The position numbers and the translations under genes are program-made. A DNA stretch of 64,000 nt, taken from positions 163,011 to 227,010 of the forward strand of contig JABJNO010000017.1 in NCBI GenBank assembly GCA_018664825.1, in the 5' to 3' direction. The stretch is from Candidatus Parcubacteria bacterium (GTDB taxonomy: Bacteria; Patescibacteriota; Patescibacteriia; UBA1558; GWA2-36-10). The notes under the pieces were generated by a model. The model was not told the origin of the DNA. It searched no databases and saw only the letters and a program-made list of their open reading frames with translations. Positions within the stretch are counted from its first letter, which is position 1, and every line of letters begins with the position of its first letter. This document shows positions 59,442 to 64,000 of the stretch, piece after piece.

Positions 59442-60533
59442 ATGCCTGGCAAAATCGTACATCGGGCTTCACTGGCCTGGGAAAAATGGAGTCCATCCAA
59501 AATCAACACCGCTACATCCTGTCCTCTACGCTGCTATTATGAATATATGTTGCGTATGCGAGGTGAACGTTTCCCTTTGACCGTGTTTGGCTCTGCCTTG
59601 CACTATATGTTTGAAAAATTCTTCAAGGCTCACAAAAAAACCGGCAACTTCCCCTATCAGGAAGTCCGTAAATTCCAAAATGTCTGGAAAGGCTTTTGGT
59701 GGCGAGCAGTTGCAGGAAATCATGGTTTTTCCAACATGGGATCTGATCCCGAAGAAGTGCCCTGGAGAGACAGCGAACAAGTCGGACAACTCTTTGGATC
59801 AGGCTGGAATATTTTGGGTAAATTCTATGACCGCTATCAACCTTTTCGTATGGCTGGGAATATTCATATTCCCGAAAGAAGATTTACTTTTGATTTTTGT
59901 GGTTTGACCCTCAATGGAGTAATTGATCGCATCGATCTTTTTGATAACCATGCAGTCATCCTCGATTACAAAAGTAGAGTCTTCCCCAAACACGAACAAA
60001 TGACCGGCACTCAACTGACTGCCTACCAACTAGCCTATCAACAATACCTACGCAATCATATCGGCCAAGGCCGACCTTTGCAGAGTATGCAAGTCTATGG
60101 CTACTGGAAAGATGCTGTCCAAGATCTCCCTCTCAGGGATGATTATCAAATTGGTATGCTATTTTACTATATGTTGGAAGCTAGCGAATATTATCGTAGT
60201 ATCCTCACCGGACGTCCTGTCCGCAGAGAAATCATCGAACGCTTTCGATTTTTCCCTGAAGAGGATATTGAAACTGGTAATATCTCGCCTCGGCTACCTC
60301 GTGGTAATCACTGCACCTACTGTGAAAACGTTGAGACCTGTCTAGCCTGGGAAAAGGGAGAACATGACACTCCTCGTAAGTTGTTTGCTGATAAGCACAA
60401 AGAAAAATGGGATGCCAAAACTCCCACTCAAATTTCTCTGCCTTTTCAGTTCAGCCCCGTTGTCCGCATCGGTGCAAACAATTTTTACAGATTAAAAAAT
60501 CTGCCCTTTATAGAGCAGACCTCCTTGTTCTAA
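59442..60533 (+). CDS. PD-(D/E)XK nuclease, AddB/Cas4-like, with putative Fe-S Cys set
   Basis: SPSKI..CP, GSALH, GVIDRID, ILDYKS, QLTAY, CTYC.....C. Confidence 0.85.
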   Translation: MPGKIVHRASLAWEKWSPSKINTATSCPLRCYYEYMLRMRGERFPLTVFGSALHYMFEKFFKAHKKTGNFPYQEVRKFQNVWKGFWWRAVAGNHGFSNMGSDPEEVPWRDSEQVGQLFGSGWNILGKFYDRYQPFRMAGNIHIPERRFTFDFCGLTLNGVIDRIDLFDNHAVILDYKSRVFPKHEQMTGTQLTAYQLAYQQYLRNHIGQGRPLQSMQVYGYWKDAVQDLPLRDDYQIGMLFYYMLEASEYYRSILTGRPVRREIIERFRFFPEEDIETGNISPRLPRGNHCTYCENVETCLAWEKGEHDTPRKLFADKHKEKWDAKTPTQISLPFQFSPVVRIGANNFYRLKNLPFIEQTSLF

Positions 60534-60564
60534 ATCAAACCCCTTCAATTTTTTGGAGGGGTTT

Positions 60565-61098
60565 TTATCTTTTCCAAAAATTATCAAAAAATGTATCTAC
60601 ACTTGATATGATCAATGCCTTGCTTACCAAACCACTGCCAGCCAATTTCATTCTCTTTTCTAGATGGATATAATCCTGACCATGACTAAAACCCAAAACT
60701 CTATGAGCAAAATTATTTCCTTCTATAGCTCCTGTATATTTATCACCCACCTTTATTTCTACTTCTCCCAAATTGCTCTCCAACATTATACTAAAAATAT
60801 TTTGATCAAGATTTATAGCTTCGCCCTCTATCTCTACACCTGGACCAACCTCACTAAATACATTGTCTATACCAGCTGACAATCTAGCTCGACTATCTTC
60901 TCTCAAATAATTCATCCTACTTTTTAAAACCTCTATTTCATCTTCTATATATTGTTTTTGGGTTATAAAATTTCTGCCCTCTCGAGCAAGGCCCCGATCT
61001 TTTTTTAGACCTCCTAAGTTGTCCGAATATTTAGCCACCTTATCTTTGATGCTAGCTAATTCTTCTTCTATTAAATTTTTACAAATTGGATCTTTCAT
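60565..61098 (-). CDS. Hypothetical protein, paralog array
   Basis: MKDPICK..., IKVGD, RVLGF. Confidence 0.7.
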   Translation of the reverse strand: MKDPICKNLIEEELASIKDKVAKYSDNLGGLKKDRGLAREGRNFITQKQYIEDEIEVLKSRMNYLREDSRARLSAGIDNVFSEVGPGVEIEGEAINLDQNIFSIMLESNLGEVEIKVGDKYTGAIEGNNFAHRVLGFSHGQDYIHLEKRMKLAGSGLVSKALIISSVDTFFDNFWKR

Positions 61099-61100
61099 AT

Positions 61101-61652
61101 TTATATTCTTGCAAAACCATCAAACCAAGTTTCATCAAAACTTGTTGCAAATGCTTTATTATTATATTTTTCATTTTCGCCTTTATACAACAAAATAGGA
61201 TCACTATCCTCCTCTCCTTTTTGCTTTGTAAAACCAACTACAATAAACTCATCTCCTGGAAAAATCTGAAAAAAACCAAAAGCCCCTACAACTTTAAATC
61301 TATCTCCTGTATTTAATTTCTCAAATAATTCCTGTCCAAGGCCATCTCTACCCATAGATCTGTTTATCATCAAAGTATTTGGATCAGGAGTCAGCTTAAT
61401 ACCTCTCCCCTCTATATGTTCATATTTTTGCCTCATCAACTTTAGCTTATCAGAATTAAAAAGTAATGAACCAAAGGCAAGCCTAAATCTCATAAGCTCC
61501 TGATGAAAATTACTAATACTTATATGCGCATCTTCAATAGCTGTAATATCTCTATCTTTTTGACCACTTTCAAAATAATCATCAAAATCTTTTTTGTATG
61601 AAAGTACATGATCAAATTTTACTTTTAATTTGTCACAAATTTTTTTATCCAT
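61101..61652 (-). CDS. Hypothetical protein, paralog array
   Basis: MDKKICDKL..., NTGD, IVVGF. Confidence 0.7.
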   Translation of the reverse strand: MDKKICDKLKVKFDHVLSYKKDFDDYFESGQKDRDITAIEDAHISISNFHQELMRFRLAFGSLLFNSDKLKLMRQKYEHIEGRGIKLTPDPNTLMINRSMGRDGLGQELFEKLNTGDRFKVVGAFGFFQIFPGDEFIVVGFTKQKGEEDSDPILLYKGENEKYNNKAFATSFDETWFDGFARI

Positions 61653-61657
61653 ATATT

Positions 61658-62176
61658 TTATAATAATCCAAAATCTCTCTCTGGCCCAACTTTATAAGAA
61701 GATAGGCCATCTTCATCGATAGTATAATGTATTTTTGTTATCCTACCCCTGGCTTCTACAATCAACTCTTTAGTATGCACTCTAAAGCCAACTATTTTTA
61801 TTCTCATTTTAGCCGGCTCATATTCTTTATTGTTATACTTCATTCTCAGGCCCTTGGCTGCTCTCATCTCATCACCAATCCTAAAAACATAACCATCAAT
61901 CTCCACGCTCTCAGCAAAAGAAGCATAAACCTCGGTGTTCTTTATAGTCATATATCTTTGTCCAGAAGTAGACCTCAGGGTAGCCTGCCAACTTTCTAAT
62001 ATTCCATCTCCATCATAGTCCATCCTGCGATACAATCTACTCCTGATTTGTTCAAAACCATCTACAAATTTTCCTATTTGTTCTGATTTATCAAAAGCAT
62101 CATCAAAATCAACTAGCCAAGACTTAGCCTTGTTTAGCTCCCCTCTCCATTCTTTACAAAGTTCTGCTTTTGTCAT
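61658..62176 (-). CDS. Hypothetical protein, paralog array
   Basis: MTKAELCK..., FRIGD, IKIVGF. Confidence 0.7.
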   Translation of the reverse strand: MTKAELCKEWRGELNKAKSWLVDFDDAFDKSEQIGKFVDGFEQIRSRLYRRMDYDGDGILESWQATLRSTSGQRYMTIKNTEVYASFAESVEIDGYVFRIGDEMRAAKGLRMKYNNKEYEPAKMRIKIVGFRVHTKELIVEARGRITKIHYTIDEDGLSSYKVGPERDFGLL

Positions 62177-62179
62177 ATT

Positions 62180-62653
62180 TTATATCTTCTTATAATCATC
62201 AGCTATGGTGTAGAGATACTGAATAGCATAAAGTTTTTCTTTTTTATCAAGGTACTGAACTATAACTTTATTTGTGCTCAATTCAAAGCCTACTATTTTG
62301 ATTTTAACTGAGCCAGTTGGCCCTGGACCAGTTTCTATTGTATCTACAAAAACATCTCCTATTCTATATATCCTACCTGCATGAGCCAATCGTTTATTGA
62401 TACTTGCCTCAAATGTTTGCCGAAGGTCACTATCACAGAAAAATTTTTTACCACTTGAAACATACTGCCCATCTTCCTCATGATCATCTAGGCAAGAAGC
62501 TAATCTATTCCCAAGCTCTTGTTTCAACTCCAATAGCGTTGTCAAAGCTCTACTGTCTTTGCAATTCTCCAGATATTTAATAAAATAGTCTCTATCATAT
62601 TTTATTTTTTCTAGGTTTCGCAACCATTTTTTACAAAATTCTATTTTTGTCAT
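62180..62653 (-). CDS. Hypothetical protein, paralog array
   Basis: MTKIEFCK..., YRIGD, IKIVGF. Confidence 0.7.
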   Translation of the reverse strand: MTKIEFCKKWLRNLEKIKYDRDYFIKYLENCKDSRALTTLLELKQELGNRLASCLDDHEEDGQYVSSGKKFFCDSDLRQTFEASINKRLAHAGRIYRIGDVFVDTIETGPGPTGSVKIKIVGFELSTNKVIVQYLDKKEKLYAIQYLYTIADDYKKI

Positions 62654-63153
62654 ATTTTTTCCATAGCATAAAGTGCTGTATCAAGGTGCATAGCAAAAAA
62701 AGTACCTTCTTTTTCGGGATGCTCCATTATAGGCATGCCACTAAACAATTCAAATGCCAAAATTTTATATCGTTTTTTAGCTTCTTTTTCTTTTCTTTCT
62801 TCTGACTCATCTTTAAATTTTGAATCCAAATATTCCTGATTTGCCTTCAAGACATCACCCAATAGAAAAACACCTTCTCTAAAAGACGATCTCTTAGCAC
62901 AACTTGCTCTCAGCTCTTCTTTAGAATCTTCGGCACTAGGAAATTTTACACCACTTGGCGTCCTGCTAATACCTAGCACCAACTCATCTTGACACTCTTT
63001 TATTCTTTTAGCAAAACTTTCATTTCCATGCCTAAACAGTTTAGTAAAATCCTTATTGTCTAAACACCTTTGACGGTCTTCCTCAAAAATACGACTATCA
63101 CGATTTAAATTACCTAAATAATCTCTCAATTTGTCACAAATTTTTTTATCCAT
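62650..63153 (-). CDS. Hypothetical protein, paralog array
   Basis: MDKKICDKL... (start reassigned), FLLGD, YKILAF. Confidence 0.7.
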   Translation of the reverse strand: MDKKICDKLRDYLGNLNRDSRIFEEDRQRCLDNKDFTKLFRHGNESFAKRIKECQDELVLGISRTPSGVKFPSAEDSKEELRASCAKRSSFREGVFLLGDVLKANQEYLDSKFKDESEERKEKEAKKRYKILAFELFSGMPIMEHPEKEGTFFAMHLDTALYAMEKI

Positions 63154-63157
63154 ATAT

Positions 63158-63640
63158 TTATATTTTTTTATAAACATCTCCAAAGAGATTATCACTCACA
63201 AAAATTACTCTACCATTTTTAAGTTTTAGCAAAGCTTGTCGACGACTTTTTATATATTTATCCTCAACAAAACCTACTAGCTCAAAAACATCGGTACCCA
63301 AAACTTCGTCTCTCAGCAAGCCACCTCTTTTGACAAGTTCAAATTTATCACCAACCCGTATCACTTCTCCGCTTGCCAACTTTTTTCTCCTACGAATACT
63401 AGCAGCCACCTCATGCCCTTTGTCTACCAACTTAAATTTTTGTGATATAGAACCATTTTCAAATGTATCATACATTGATTTCAGTTTTCTTATGTTCATT
63501 TCTACGGTTGCCCAAAATTTATGAATATTTCTAAAATCTCCTGTTTCTCTAGTTGTATTCATTTGCAAATCAAAATTATCCAAATGATTTTTAATTTGGC
63601 TAAGTCTCAATAACATTTCTTGGCAAGATATTGTATTCAT
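63158..63640 (-). CDS. Hypothetical protein, paralog array
   Basis: MNTISCQE..TGDF, IRVGD, FELVGF. Confidence 0.7.
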   Translation of the reverse strand: MNTISCQEMLLRLSQIKNHLDNFDLQMNTTRETGDFRNIHKFWATVEMNIRKLKSMYDTFENGSISQKFKLVDKGHEVAASIRRRKKLASGEVIRVGDKFELVKRGGLLRDEVLGTDVFELVGFVEDKYIKSRRQALLKLKNGRVIFVSDNLFGDVYKKI

Positions 63641-63641
63641 A

Positions 63642-64000
63642 TTATTTCAATTTAAATGCGCTATAAAAATGCTGTGGAGTATAAGCTACGATTCTGCCAT
63701 CAAAGCTGACTACTGGGCGCTTACCTTGAAAACCGACGAGTTCTACTTTTTTGGTAGTTTTTACAAAAGGCCGATCTTTTCCTATCCTTTCTATTTCTTT
63801 TTTTACCATAAGCAATATATCCCCCATGCGAAACTTTCTACCATTGATGACCATGATTCTAATGCCAGAAGTCCTAACCGTATTATACTCTTGAAAATGA
63901 TCATTAAAACGTCTACCATCGTGTACTTCGGCAAAAATATCCTGATAATGTTCATGCATATGATTTTTATCTCTATTCATATCTTTGAGCCGATGACTTG
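63642..64000 (-). CDS. Hypothetical protein, paralog array (5'-partial; frame open to the window edge)
   Basis: FRMGD, VELVGF; no in-frame stop between 63980 and 64000. Confidence 0.65.
   Translation of the reverse strand, partial: SHRLKDMNRDKNHMHEHYQDIFAEVHDGRRFNDHFQEYNTVRTSGIRIMVINGRKFRMGDILLMVKKEIERIGKDRPFVKTTKKVELVGFQGKRPVVSFDGRIVAYTPQHFYSAFKLK

Overview
AT-rich bacterial chromosome segment (standard code 11). It looks like Patescibacteria/CPR (Parcubacteria-like), inferred from SD-less core genes, a DUF5663-like gene, a GAD-less AspRS and VLG-motif surface proteins. Core genes: mutM, rlmN, fba, tpiA, D-Ala-D-Ala peptidase, rluB-like, scpAB, aspS, asnS, RND pump, ABC exporter, P-type ATPase, argS and four tRNAs. 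Interspersed are GC-richer accessory units, each built as sigma70 promoter, boxA-like GTTCNTTWACA motif, strong SD, ORF and hairpin terminator. Main observations: (1) a 1.3-kb gene-free interval (26.9-28.2 kb) holding four tandem promoter-to-terminator units, two of which are paralogous ~370-nt structured RNAs with covarying stems and a predicted kissing loop; (2) an NrtR-controlled ~9-kb operon joining a YegI/K/L-like (TerY-P) kinase-phosphatase-vWA triad to an NAD+ recycling pathway (PncA-like, NUDIX, PncB, plant-like class II PRS, NadE) with no adenylyltransferase; (3) a radical SAM/SPASM enzyme plus a Cys/Asp-rich precursor peptide (RiPP); (4) a GIY-YIG gene with REP-like repeats between tRNA-Tyr and tRNA-Thr; (5) a porin-like beta-barrel gene; (6) a tandem array of at least 7 divergent paralogs at the right end. 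All calls come from reading the sequence; no database searches were run.
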